Shown one piece after another: positions 43,501 through 56,500 of a DNA stretch of 64,000 bases. The notes under the pieces are model-generated. The model was not told the origin of the DNA and did not search any database. It saw only the letters and a program-made list of their open reading frames with translations. The DNA lies in the NCBI GenBank assembly GCA_030141605.1, contig JAQGDQ010000048.1, positions 186,001-250,000 on the forward strand, read 5' to 3'. Numbering within the stretch: the stretch's first letter is position 1; every line of letters starts with the position of its first letter. The DNA comes from Tubiluchus corallicola. Taxonomy: Eukaryota > Animalia > Priapulida. The position numbers were made by a program, and so were the translations under genes.

Positions 43501-46500
43501 ATCCCACAAAAAACAATCAGATTGCAATACTTACTGATAAGTCGTCACTTTGACAAAAATATATGTGATACAAAACCTATGACTCGCTTACTAAAAACTG
43601 CAGTATTGTCTCAGATACCGGAAGGCCACATATACAATATGTAATTTTGTACCATATACAAATGAGAATGCATCTTATATAGCCAACTAGTCAAGTTAGC
43701 TGCCTATATTGTCACATCAAAACAATGTGTAAAAGCAACTAAAAGTATAAGATACAGCAATGTAAGAGACAGATACATATTATAAGTACAGCAAAGAAGC
43801 AACTGATGGTCTGTTTTTAATTGTCTAGCATGCATTTGCACATGCATCAGTAACTTCTTGCCCTCACTTCTTACCTGTACTTCTGATGGCCCTCCAAACA
43901 GATCAACGAAGCGTTGCTTATGAACAAAGTTACTATGCTGCGGATCGAGGTCCATGAGGAGCTGTCTGAGACGATCATCAGGTATTCTGCTCATATGCAG
44001 CATAATCAAAATATCACGCAAACGTAGGCGAGTTATTTTGCCAGAACCATCCTATTCAAAAATACATCAGTCCATGTCAAAAATAAATTATTCTTCCTAA
44101 ATCAAAACAAGAACACAATCTGTCATGTCGTGGGTTTATGATTAGATGATGACCATGGGTTCTTAAAGGGGGCGAAAAGTGAATTTTAAACTATACCCCA
44201 AAGAACTTTCTATACAAAGTTATATTAGTTAACTTTATGCCTACTTGTTTGAAAGACGTATATAACTGGGAAAGAAAATTCTTAATAATTTAAAATATTC
44301 GCGTCACCTGGTAAAATGAAAATGAATGCATTGCCATCCCAGTACGCACAAATAATTCTCCAAAAAACACATTATTGACCTTACTAACGATATAAAGTAA
44401 TTTAAAGTTACTTCAAATTGGTGGATGTTTTGACTGCATCAAAAACTATCGTAAGATTCAGTTTCTGTGACAGGAGATGATTCATGTAACAGCTTTTGTT
44501 TTTAAAATAAGAAACATTTTTCAAAATAGTTAACATCATATGTGTAATTGAGTATAGTGCTGATTGACATTAAAAACTTCGATGAATTCAAAACTTGTCA
44601 CTTTTTCACCAGTGGTCTATAACTCAAGGATATAAAAGGCATAATATTGCCTCCATGAAGTCGCCAATGTTTGAAAACTTAGGAATTGCATTTTGTTTTA
44701 GTAAAATGAACAGTATAATTTTTTGACAGGTAACCAGTTGCCAATCTAATAATTAACTAAGTCTTGCTTGGCTTCTTTTCCAAGCAATCGCACAACGTGG
44801 TCACAGAGTCAATTACAAGGAAAGTTCAAATTAAATACCAGTTTAATTTTCAGAATTAGCAAAGCTTGATAGAAGCACTTTGCAGATCCATCAAACAGTG
44901 TAAGTAGAAAATGGACGTAAAAAAGTATGAAACAAAAATGCTTAAGTGGAAATGGGCTGTTAACACACAATTTTTGTATGGAAATCCAACACGCTAGCTG
45001 TTAGACTACAAAGGATCTTCATGAATTCAGATGTTTACTAAATACTAAACACATTTGTGAAACATGCCAAGTTTAAACACGACGTTTACCCTGAAATTAA
45101 TTAACTGATTTTTGCATTCATTTAGCTGTTTAGAAAAAAACTTACATCATCTTCTAACAGAATTCTTTTTCTTTCTAAAGAGTTATAAAACTTCCTTAAA
45201 CATTCCTATAACAGGCTCAACGAACACTTTTTCTCGATGATGTTTCGCGAACATTTTAACACTGATATTGGATCTTCTTATCTTTAACCTGTGATCTTGA
45301 GGTCCAGCGCCCACTAAAATTGGCAAAACTTATACCATACCATTCGTCTTACTTGACACTGGAAACATTTGTGTCCGCGACCCCCTCAATTTTGGTCTTG
45401 GTTTTTGCCCTTTACCAGAAACTTTTCTCCTATGCAAAGGGTCCATATTCAGCTACGCACAAGATCTCAAACCCTCCTAACTACACACCAAAAATTGTGG
45501 CCCTAGCTCAAAAACTGTAGGAGGAGATCCAGAATAAAGAAAAAAATAAGCCCTACAAACTCCATGTTGTTAAACCCGCCAAGGGTGACAGGTTACACAT
45601 ATACATAAATACCCCTAGCTAGGGAGTGCGTCCTGTGAGTTTCATCATCCTAGCCCTGCACATGTGCGAGTTATTAAAGAAACAAAATGGGGTAAATCAA
45701 GAAGATTCTGCTGTAAGCAGAATCTTAACTATTCCTTAGAGAAGAGTGTGCCATTAATGCTTATTGTTTCAAATTTTGTTTAATGTCATCTAAGCTTGTT
45801 TCAAATGACTTCTGTATAAAATGGCTGCACCTAACAGTCATTGCAGGAGTTTAAATCTACAAATTTTATATAATATTATCATTAACACAAGCTCTGTATA
45901 CAGTAAAATACATCATGCAAGTGATACTTAATTTCAAGAATTTTTTAAATGTTATCTATGAAGAATGTTTTCTTGTGCTTTAATCGATAATTTAGGCACA
46001 ACAATTAAACATTTATAAAAGATGTACTTCAACATAAAGCCGAAGAAGGATAACGACACAAACAGAAACTACAAACTTCTGATCCAAGCCCCTTCTGATA
46101 CAGTCCCTAACAATGATATGATTTCGCAAACCATGGGCATGAACGATAACATGCTTCCAATCTTGGCAAGACTTCTAAAACAGATGCTTTTTATATTCGT
46201 TATCAAAATAAGTTATCTTAAGTTTTTTGCACGTATTTACACTTCAGCACACTGAAAGCCGAAATGAGCATTCAATCGCAGATATATATATATCAGTTTT
46301 TACCAACATAATGACAACATTGTCATCAGTATAGTTCTCAATAGCTTTCTCAAAAAATAGCAAAAATAAAGCAAACAGCACCTGCAGGAAACAAAAATTA
46401 TTATAATAAATTGCAAATATTGCAGACCAGTGCCAGATAACCTAAACAAACTTAAACAAACTTATGCAAACTGATTGCAATCATAGAAAGCTCTATGTTC

Positions 46501-49500
46501 GGGTCAGATAAGATTTAATCAAAATAGGCACAGATCGACTATATATCCTGCTACAACTGACAAAACTCCCTTTAATTTATGATAAGAAGACACAGAATGC
46601 AAAAATAAGCAAAACTTACCCTATCATAAACATCAAAAGCAAATGAAGCTGAGCCATATTTGGAGCGTATGCGCTGACCAAGTTGATGAATGAATCTTTG
46701 ATATTCCACCATTGAGGCATTGTTAAAAGCTTGACCCAGAATCCAAGCATTTCTACAAGAAATATAACTTATATATGCTCAAAATATATGCACATTTGTA
46801 ATTGACAAGTTAATATTAAAAAAATCATTTTAATCAAATTAATTAACCTACAGTATGAACCTACTAGGTTCTCTTTAAGCAAAGTAATTTATGATAGCAT
46901 TCTGAAACCATTATACTGTTATTCTAACTTTTTAGTTTCTATTCTTAGTATAATTTTCGAAAATTTTGCAACAACAGAACACTAATTTCAGCTACTATCG
47001 TGCCACATAACTGATGCTCTTATAGTTAAACAAATGTTTGCTGTTATAAAAATATACTAATCAACTGTTAGTACTCCAATTTAGCTACTGGTTTTAAGAA
47101 AGAAAAACGATGCAGAAAAATTGGAACATACTCTTCCACTCCACATTATAAGTTATAGCTTGATGAATAATTCTGTAATGATGACATGGTACTCATCAAA
47201 CCATATATAAAAATAAAATTATTTGTGACAAGAGTGAGTAAGAGCTTTATTTAATACTTTGCTGTAGGTAATGTAGGCCCATATGTATCCTGCTCCTTTT
47301 TTGCGTCTCTTGGTGAGGCAACTCTGTGGGGAGACATTGGTTTTGGAGCTGCCTGTCTATTCTGAATGTAAAAACCCTACAAGCAAATAAACAAAATTCT
47401 AAAAGATACTCTGCGTTCCACAAGAAATGAGACCGAAATTCAAGAATAATGGCAGAACTGAGATTTTGAATAAGCCAACAGTTTCTTAATATGCAAGTCT
47501 CAGGCAATTCGTAACAAACAATTTAGTAATAAAGTGAATCAGAAAATGGTAATTTCGTTATATTACTAAGCTCACTATTTACTAAAAAAGGTATTTAGCT
47601 AGTATTGGCAAAAAGCTATATAATAAAAATGGTGGTGAAAATTCAGTTCTATCAACATGGAATAATTCAATTTTCACAACCAATGAGCCACTGAACAGGC
47701 AGAAGTTTCTCAATGATGTTTGGATGTACCTCTTTCCATGATCAAGTCTCAATTAATTAAGTTTCGACCCATGAAGAGAAATATCTTTTACTTACCTCAA
47801 TCTCCTTCTCATTTCCAAAAAGCTCCAGGAAACGTTGCTTTGATATGTGGTTGGTATTTTGAGGATCAAGAGTGACAACGAGTTTTTTTAAAGCATGTTC
47901 CGGAAGCCTTACATTTAGGGATGGAACAAATTCTGTGAATCGCATTCGAGTGATAGCGCTACGTGTGCCCTGACCACAATAAACAGCACAAATTAGCTCA
48001 AATAACTGATACTACATTGCAAACAATCACGATGTGTAGCACATCCTGGAGTAATAATCATCAGGGGATGGCTACACACGCAAGTGAATCTAAAAACTTC
48101 CCATCATATTAATGCCTTCCTGTAAATGGCTGGGGGGCCGCGTCATACATAGGCAGAGTGGCTGCTTCCTTGTCATTTTAATTATTGTTACTATTGGCTT
48201 CTAGTCTTAATTAGTTGTCTATTTGGTATCATATTGTTGTTCCGTTTTCTCTAGTGTATCATTATACTTTGTCATTACTTGCACATTAATTCCTCTTGGG
48301 CGGCCAACTTGTTTCTAACTTGTTTGAATTGTTTATATTATACAAGCTTTGTGATTTTGAAGTTCGTTGTTAGTTGTCTGCCTGCTGCTCGTTTACCTTT
48401 GTTTAGCTAGTACTTTTTTTTTGCAAATCTGCAGACTGTAGACTAGTATTTTGTGTAGTAGACTAGTACTTTGGTATTTTGGCTTTTTGTGATTTGATGT
48501 GGTTTTGGATGCAAATTCTTAGTTTTTACTAATGGCTTAAGTTTTCTGATTTGTCATTCTTCATTGTTATTATATTTTTTTGCATTTGTTGCATCATGTG
48601 TAAAATGAAGTCTAGTCATTTATATTATTTCAGTATTTAGCATATTTTTTCATAGCAAACCATGGAACCATGGAGGTAAACAGTTACTAACCACTTCTGA
48701 TATAGACGATTAAAGTGAGTTGTGAATCAGCTTCACTCTCACAACTACAGCATCCTGCCAACTTTAAAATAAAAATTCCTCCTAAATCAAATATGCCTTC
48801 ACTGCCACAGAAACTATGAAATACCAGCTGATTAAAAAAATCTTTCACTCTTAAAAGAAATTGAATATAGGGCCTCTGTTTCAACACAAACTATCTCACT
48901 AACTTCAATTATCTGCTTTGATCTAAGATCTTTTTCAGTACCACTTTGTACATGAAGTTTTTCACTGTCCTTACTAAGGCAGGTGCAGCATAATCGAGCA
49001 TACATAGAAAATGGGAAAATAGAAATTAGCATAAATAGAAACTTTGAGTTCAAATCTAAATGAGCAATATAGCAATGCGCAAAACTAGAAGCAAAGGAAA
49101 TATATCTCAACTTCAGCGAGAATTTTATTTAGCCGCGCTATTCTAAGATTGCATCACCATTACACGGCAAAGAAGCTAGCTTCCTGCCATGTGTCATAAC
49201 ATGTATGCTGAGCTACCACAAACCCAGGCTACAGGTCAACAGATACCAGTTCCAACTTGTTTAATCAACAACATATCCTGTACCTACTAAATCAAATCAG
49301 TAAAGAGGTCTCAATCAGTTAGTTTATCTGACAGTGAAATACATTAGATAAGACCAGGGCCCGGTTTCATAAAGCTGTCACTAACTTAACAGTTAAGTAA
49401 ATGTAATAACGATGTCATTAACTTATGAAGGCTTTGTGAAACAAACTCCAGTATATATCCTGAACTCAATAAGCCTTGTAATATAAAGCTTATAAATAAC

Positions 49501-50998
49501 TACAATTAAACAGAAATCATTAGTTCTCACTTAAATCAAATGATGTTCATGGAAACAATTGTGTGTGTTGATAAAGTTAGTTAAGAAAAATGCCAGCAAC
49601 TCACATCGTCTGCACAAATGTCAAATGCTTTGGACGCAGAACCAAAATTTCGGCGTATACGCTCACCAAGACATCTGATCAACTGACGTTCTGCTTGTGC
49701 TTCTTCATCAAGAAAACCTTGTTTTTGAAGAAAGGCAGACCTAAATAAGCAAGTGAAAGCACCCTTTACAACTAAAAGTACATTTAACACTGCAGAGTAT
49801 AGACTGGTTTTACCAGTTTAGTCAAACCTTGTCCTTGAGAACTAACTCTCAATGAAAACTTGGTGCTTAATGATTGATAGATGTCTGGTTCAATTATTTA
49901 TGTTTTCTTAAAATTTTAAGGCAATTATATATGCATCACTATCAGCACAAATGAAATCGGTTTGGCAGACAAATGTTTATAGCGACCTACTCTCACTGAC
50001 ATGCCTTTTCGGAGCTGTCAAGGGGGTACAGAATGAACAGAGTGAGACTTCACATTAGATGCGCTTTAATTTAAATTCAGGAATAATTATTTGGATGTGT
50101 TATATTACTTTTTATCTACTTAATATTTAGGGAATTTAACTTTTGATTTAACATAACCTAATTAAGTCTGGTGATTAAAAACAATGATGCATAATTGTTG
50201 TATTGTAACATTACTTACAAGTTTATGTTCTCAACTTACTTGCTTCGCAAAAATTTCTAACTAGAATTCAACATATGTAATGGATAAAAACAATATTGCA
50301 CAATTTACATGAATTCTCTCAATTGCTCCTAGCCAACCAATATTCACAGTATGACCTAAACCATAACAAAATTTAATCAAAAAAATTAAAAGGAATGTCT
50401 TCGCTACCATTGCTCAACAAAAGATAATGGTGATGGATGAAAAGTCGAAAACTTAAGTCACAATCAAGTGGCTTACATTCTAAAATGAGTTTCAATGGTA
50501 TGATTTATTATAAAATAATAATTATTAGTGAAAAAAAACAAAGATAAAAGTAGTGTCTCATTTAACTGAGTGAAATTCATGGATTCGTTGATTTACAGGC
50601 GTGAAAGCATTGCAAGCTAAAATGTGTGTTGCTTTTTTCATGGTCTCAAAAACTGTTTGTAGTGTGCAAGGATAAGGTACAGCAGTGCAATACTTAGTGA
50701 TAGTAACATTATGGAAGACCAAAACTACCTTAACTAAAATGGTTTTTCTAAATTACCTTTTACCATACTGATACGGACTATAGCTCAAGTCATATTGGCC
50801 TGTCCGACGATCTTGATCGGATGAGGTATGAGGTCTTTCTCTCCCAGGAACATTATCTGATGTCTGTGGTCTACTTTCAGCCATGCTTGACTGTGGACGC
50901 TCTTGGGCACTTATAGGCACAATAGGCTCAGGTGACATCCCTCCAGGAGTACGTGAATTCCCGCCTTCAACAGCTAAAGCACCCCCTTGGTTTGCCAT
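22715..50998 (-). CDS. EFCAB6: EF-hand calcium-binding domain-containing protein 6-like (ciliary/axonemal multi-EF-hand protein), ~1060 aa, 20 coding exons
   Basis: Phase-consistent GT-AG exons: 50998-50757, 49740-49605, 47969-47796, 47376-47258, 46752-46620, 44051-43875, 43474-43367, 40701-40615, 39594-39443, 39305-39150, 37516-37348, 37149-36958, 34518-34342, 33210-33007, 32468-32256, 27980-27831, 27244-27196, 26203-26126, 25698-25517, 22999-22715 (3183 nt, open). C-terminus DFRRILQQFDINYSNDEFYHVVSFYDRDLLGSVDYNRFLRVFIN resembles the EFCAB6 C-terminus as I recall it. The donor at 43367 and possible extra microexons are uncertain. Confidence 0.9.
24615..24664. repeat. (TA)n microsatellite
   Basis: Direct. 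Confidence 0.95.
25950..26055. repeat. Degenerate (GAAT)n/(CAAA)n tetranucleotide repeat
   Basis: atgaatgaatgaatgaatgagtgagt...aacaaacgaacaaacaaacgaatgaatg. Confidence 0.8.
28526..30490. mobile_element. Tc1/pogo(Tigger)-like non-autonomous element, ~1.97 kb, probably with nested inserts
   Basis: TA|cagtaggtgccacttaacagattca ... tgtgtctcttaagcggcgcctactg|TA; imperfect ~25-bp TIRs and TA TSD. Confidence 0.6.
36059..36548. mobile_element. Tc1/pogo(Tigger)-like MITE, 490 bp
   Basis: TA|cagtgttccctcgctactttgcgg ... ccgcgataagtgagggaacactg|TA; internal tatcgcgg subrepeats; CpG-rich relative to the host intron. Confidence 0.92.
40403..40552. repeat. Compound (TCTA)/(TA)/(TAGA) microsatellite
   Basis: Direct. 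Confidence 0.9.
40998..41374. mobile_element. hAT-type MITE, 377 bp
   Basis: 13-bp TIR taggggtgagcat / atgctcaccccta; 8-bp TSD ctcacagg / cttacagg; subterminal TTCGAA repeats at both ends. Confidence 0.9.
45280..45730 (+). mobile_element. Probable Helentron-associated (HINE/DINE-like) non-autonomous element
   Basis: Ends in a perfect 11-bp hairpin aagattctgct-gta-agcagaatctt (45702-45726) followed by aa; repeated cctagc subunits inside; left boundary uncertain. Confidence 0.5.
49358..49448. mobile_element. Short PIF/Harbinger-like MITE remnant
   Basis: CAG|ggcccggtttcataaagc ... gctttgtgaaacaaactc|CAG; 3-bp CWG-type TSD. Confidence 0.5.
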
Positions 50999-53225
50999 GT
51001 TGTCCGCACTGTTTACATGAGCATTACGTTAACACTGCTGTGCATAACTAATAAAAAAGAAAACTTGTAGGTTTTGCTAAGTGAAATGTGCTTAATCACA
51101 AACATTTGTAGTAGTCAGTAAAAAATAATAAATAAAAATTAACTAAAAATAATTTAACAAACTTTGACAATAAAATTCAATTAAAATTCCAGGTCAACAC
51201 TATTGAACATTGCTCATCATATTCCTATTGCCCAGTAAAGCTGCCCTTGCCATTTTGTTATCTGCAGAATCTTCTAACACCTAGTTTGAAATCCAAGGCC
51301 AATTTTTCCAGTTGGGGAAAGAATTTTCAAAATAAGATTAAAAATGAAGTTGAAGTGCCATGTATCGAATCTGGGCAAGGGAGCAGAAGAGTTCACCATA
51401 GTATAAGCTTTAAACATTAAGCCTGGCTAGTAAATGGATAGTTAACTACTAAGAAAGTAGTTTTTGACGATTTAGTCTGCCACACTTTCCCAGTTATGTA
51501 TCTTGTTCATGGAGGAAGCATGTAACTAAATATGGAACTAATGCGCCTGTACATAAATGACACAAAAGCAGATTTAATTCTGTCAATTTCAGATTTAATA
51601 ACGTGAAGATATTAGTAGTGTTGAAACTAAAAACTCGACTGGCAAAGATGTTTTAGTTTCAACTTGGATACAATAGAATCCACTTAATAAATACACAGAT
51701 AATAAATCCAGCCCTTTATTGTGACCACTATTCCTGGAATGGAACTGTATTATACTTTAACCAAGTAAAATCTGCCATTTATTAAATCGAAACTTTGCTT
51801 TATAAATCCATTTTGTGCACTGTGAAGAGAACAAAATTGTAACGTAGACTACACAGTGACGCTGTCCAGGATTTAACTTGAACTAGATCAGCATCTTTGT
51901 TCTAAGTACTTTTTACAACTTTACATGACTGTGGTAATGAAGATGATGAAGCAGGAATTACTGTATTAGTTGCTGAAATACGACATGCACTGGAAACACT
52001 GTACTGTGAACTGCAGAACAGTGACTATTTAGAAACGCTATATTTCACCAAACTCAAGCAAGACATTCAATCGAATCTTTGAAAAACTTGCACACTAAAG
52101 CATACCACAATGAACATGTTTCAGCTTTAAACTTATCTACATATAACATAATGGTCTGCAATTGCATATTCATGTTGCATACGTAATTAGGTTAAACTAA
52201 AATCCCGATTCTAACTGAAAAACTGTTGTGCGCGATATTAAAGTGAAATGTATTGCAGTGAAGTGAAAATTTACACAGTTGCAAGTGTGCTCTGCAGGTT
52301 GCACATGTCTTTAAGCAAATTATGCTAATGTGATGTGAAGGCTTACTGTGAATGGCCATGGGTGCACTTTTAGTTTTATCAAGACTCTTAAAAATTTCTT
52401 CTGCTTAATTTCATAGAATCGTTATTTCAAAGCTAAACAAAGATGCACATGATAATTAGATCTATATAGCTAATGATGATGATGATTGTGGCATGATTAA
52501 TCTTTTATTCTAAAATATATGTTTACATAAATGGGCCTCTTATTGCAGACGAAGATTATTTAACTTAAATACTTATACATTAATATATATATATACATTG
52601 ACACATTAATGATACAACGTTAATAGCTATTACTAAGACTGCCAAAAATTTTACAACTTGCCACTATTAAAATTATTACGCAATATGCCAAATCGCTAAT
52701 TAGCCTTGAGCTGATATTCATAACAATGATTATAGAGAATATGGGCATCTATGTGAGCACATCTATGCCAAGTTTGCGTATATGAGCTGCATCATTGATA
52801 GTACAGAATAATTTCTGTACAATAATATTAATAAAATGAACTAATCTTATCTTGCAGATCAATTATACATTTAGATATTATTACATAAATTATGTCAATA
52901 ATAAAATTTCCCTTTAAGATATAAATTTACATAGGCGTCAACCAAATAGAGTGAAATTAGTTTGAATTAAAATTAACAGAGTTGAGTTAATTATGCCTAC
53001 ATCAGAACATGCAGTTGTAATTAATATCATTCAATCTAGGTAATAATGCCTGCACTAAGCACACTTACTTTTCCTTAAAAGTAAGAAATGATAATAAGAC
53101 CTATACATTTACATCTTTGCTACAATTTGAACCCTGACCCACGCTCTGGATTCTGATTCAAACAATCATTATGATGGCGCAGTCACAATAAATTCCTCTA
53201 CCTAATATTAAAAAACGTTTGATAC

Positions 53226-53530
53226 CTGTTACAAACTGGCAGCTTAAAACGCAAACAAACGAATTTATCCCACGCGCGGCTGTCCTTTGTAATAAAAGGT
53301 TCAGCGCGGTAGAATGATAAACCTAAAATTAACACGTGCAATGGCGATTTGTTTACGACAGCAACTATGTCGTTTTAGTAACTCCTAGCAACCAACGCGT
53401 TTCGCCTAGTTGCTAAGAAGCAGCTGCCTTTTGCGCTAGCGGGAAAGAGGATCCAGCATTGCAGCGGCTCCAACGTACGGACTTGGAAACGTTTCAACCT
53501 ACTGATGACCAGTTGTTAATTCCGGTACCC
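53226..53530. promoter_or_regulatory. CpG-rich bidirectional promoter (EFCAB6 <- -> roh-like) with X-box-like and forkhead motifs, including the putative non-coding first exons
   Basis: Local CpG enrichment. Minus-strand donor cag|gtatc at 53225 can splice to the acceptor at 51047, upstream of the EFCAB6 ATG. X-box-like sites gtttacgacagcaac 53351-65, gtaactcctagcaac 53378-92, gttgctaagaagc 53409-21; TGTTTAC 53350-56. The roh-like ATG exon has an acceptor at 57106, so it needs an upstream exon. Confidence 0.65.
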
Positions 53531-56500
53531 AGTCGTGCAGCTAGCCCGGGACGGCTCTTGAGCCTGACCATCCAACCCGCTGCAAATTAAATCCTTATGT
53601 AGGAACATTTTAGAATAGTAAAATTTAGCAGTGCTGCCTCGTGAAGTCAATAAAAGAAACTACTACTGTATCACCTATATATTGTCGAGATATCAATTTA
53701 TCATCAAAGGGCTTGCCTTGCATAATTCGTAATTAACTTTGAATCTCAAACTGACTGAAAGTTTCCATTTGTAGGCTTCATTAGCCAAAAGCTCTTTCTT
53801 AAGTTTTCAATCTGCGATATTGGTATTATTAAGGCAGCCAAGTCGCGTACTCCTATTCTACATGCCGACTTTTTTCGTAGTATCAGCAGGGTGATGGGCG
53901 ATTCTATTTCGGGCAAAAGAAAGGAATATTTTATTTCACTGTGATCACATTTTGTGCAAAGTTTAGCTCGTGGAAAATCAGGGGAAATATTTAAGGGGTA
54001 TAATTACATTATCAAAGCAGATTGGACTGAATGGCCTGAAAATTCATGCTACCTCAATACATCCAAATACACTTGGAGCTAAAAGCTGAAAGAGAGTGGT
54101 TATATAGAGACTAAGATGATCCCAGAATGTGTCACTAATCAATACTCAAAAGACAAAAATTAAGAATGTGGCTCACTGTAAGGCAGTGCCAATATATGTT
54201 GAAGCACTTCAGTTTCATCTTGATCTTGATTACATTGACCTTTTATAATTATATTTGAGTTTCCATTCATACTCTTGATCAAGTTTACATGGCTGTATGT
54301 GATGTCTGAGACTGTTCATTAAACGTGGAGAATAAAAGAGCTTCTCTATTAATTCAGCAAAAATTTGTTGCTATAAAAAATTGTTCCATACTGTTACTTA
54401 TTGTTTTCAGCACGGGCCAATTAAGAAGTTATGTTACATTCTGTATTGAACACAAAATCACGGTAAAGGTAATAATGAATAATAATACTGCTATCTGTAG
54501 TGAATACGACTAAATCAAAGCGAATGAATGGTCCTATTACATTATTTACATGCATATTTTTCCTTCATAATTACTGTGCATCGTTCAAATTATAATCAGT
54601 AATACAATATGAACAACCCTACTTGCATTAAATGGTGCTTGAGACTTTATTTTTAGCAAAAAACTAGCTTGGAAATTATTGTTTTATTTTATTTTAATGC
54701 CCCTTTTGTAATAGCGCTTTTACAAATTTTAGCAAAGGCTTCAGTGTCAGAGCGCCGTCGTTACAGTAGAGCTTCTCGTAAGAATAAAAAAACACGGCGT
54801 ATGTTAAACGACATTCACAGTCTTTGCAAAATTGCTCGCGGTCGTGGTGGTCGGTCATACTCATATCTGTGTGTTGCAGGCCATTTAATAAAAAAGTAAG
54901 AACTATTAGAATAATCAGCGATTGTCCACAACTCACAAGTGTCTGAGAAAGTTTATTAAACTTGTGGTGAATTTGTATTAAAACCTTTCGAGTTTAACTG
55001 ACTGTTATAGATTGACCAATTGTTCCGTTGCATCGTCAAAGTAAAGGTGGCCGCTTTGGTTTAATACTACTTACTAGTAAACTTATCAAACATTTGACGT
55101 AAAAATGAGTAGCAGTTATCCAAGGGGAAATTATGTCTCAGAAAGTTTTGTCTTTGTGGTTATTAAAATCAAATTATCAAAAAATTAAGACAACAAAATG
55201 TAAAATAAAAAGTTAACTGTACCGGTAATTTTTGGGAACAACTGAGATTTCCTGTGCTGATATTGCATTTCACAGTGCTTTATGCATGTAAATATGTTCT
55301 TTTGTACACAAGAAAAAAGCTCAGTAGCACAGAGAAGTGCTTAATTTTCAATATTTCAATAACTGTAATACCCTTTAGTGTAACATAGATCATGAGACTC
55401 ATGAATGCTACTATACTGTTGAGAGTAGTACTACTAATTGTGCTACTGTTGGTACTGATGACCAAGGAAGCTAGGCACTTTGTAAAGTTGTGTGCGAGCT
55501 TTCAGAATGCGTGTGACGCATATCTGATGCATGATAGTTGGCAGGTCTGTGCTTGCCTACATTGTCCAAGTGCCATTGTGACTGTGACATTTATCACTTA
55601 AAAGAAAGGCTGCTGGAAATGTAGGTTTATTTGGATGCTCATAGAAAATGTTACAAAGATTTAAGAATACAGTGCAATAAGCGGCACATCTAATTGCCAT
55701 AGGTTAGTAAAACCACTTTATTGCACGGTGCCTTGCAATTTCATTGCTCCTTTTCATCTTATCCAAGATGAGCACTGTAATTTTTCAGCATGTGCAAGAG
55801 CAGCTCTCTTTGTCAAATGATAAAGTATAACACTGCTTATTTTGACCATCTAATAAGGTTGGGACATGCCTCCAAAATGAACTGAAGCTACATTAGCGGC
55901 CGGCGGCTTATAGAGCTCACCCACAGACGCATTGCAGATGGCATTTATTATTTCACAACTCACTGTACCTATTGCTCCGTACTTGTTGCCACCGTATCTG
56001 TTACCTTGTATTCCGGCCATTGTCCCTTTGTAGGCCATTCCGTGTGACTGAGTTTACTGTGCCAGCATTTTTTAATTCTTGCAGTTGCAAATGATGACTG
56101 CATCAAAGAGGTGCAGAAAAATTAAAAGTGAAACTTTCTGAGGTCATGAAATGTAGTAGACTGGCTTTGTTTGCCCTGCTTTGAGCTGCAAGTCCCAAGT
56201 TCTACAGTGGAACTTTCAGTTTATAAATTTAGTCAAAGATGAACACTTTACTAGCAATGCTGCTGAAATAAACATATTATAAGAAGAGACTCAAATAGGA
56301 TGGCTCTATGATTTTAGTGAGTTGATTACAAAGATTTAACATTTTTATTTTGCCAACTTGTCGTCAGATAAACGTAGTTTTTGCAGTGCTTTTCCTGCAT
56401 TGCAACATAAAAACCGAGATAATTCATCTGGTATCACATCGCTATTTGCAACACATGGTATAATAATAGTTTAGAAATACTGAAAACCTTAATAAACAAA

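Noticed and set aside
51670-52085. Tigger-like element with transposase remnant
   Set aside because: Only a left-end-like sequence and weak peptide similarity; no right TIR found.
53480-53515. Hammerhead-like GAAA...CTGATGA
   Set aside because: Stems I-III cannot be formed. The other CTGATGA/CTGACGA sites checked (9461, 17042) also lack hammerhead geometry.
56088-56145. C/D-box snoRNA candidate (ATGATGA...CTGA)
   Set aside because: Too short, no terminal stem and no recognisable rRNA guide.
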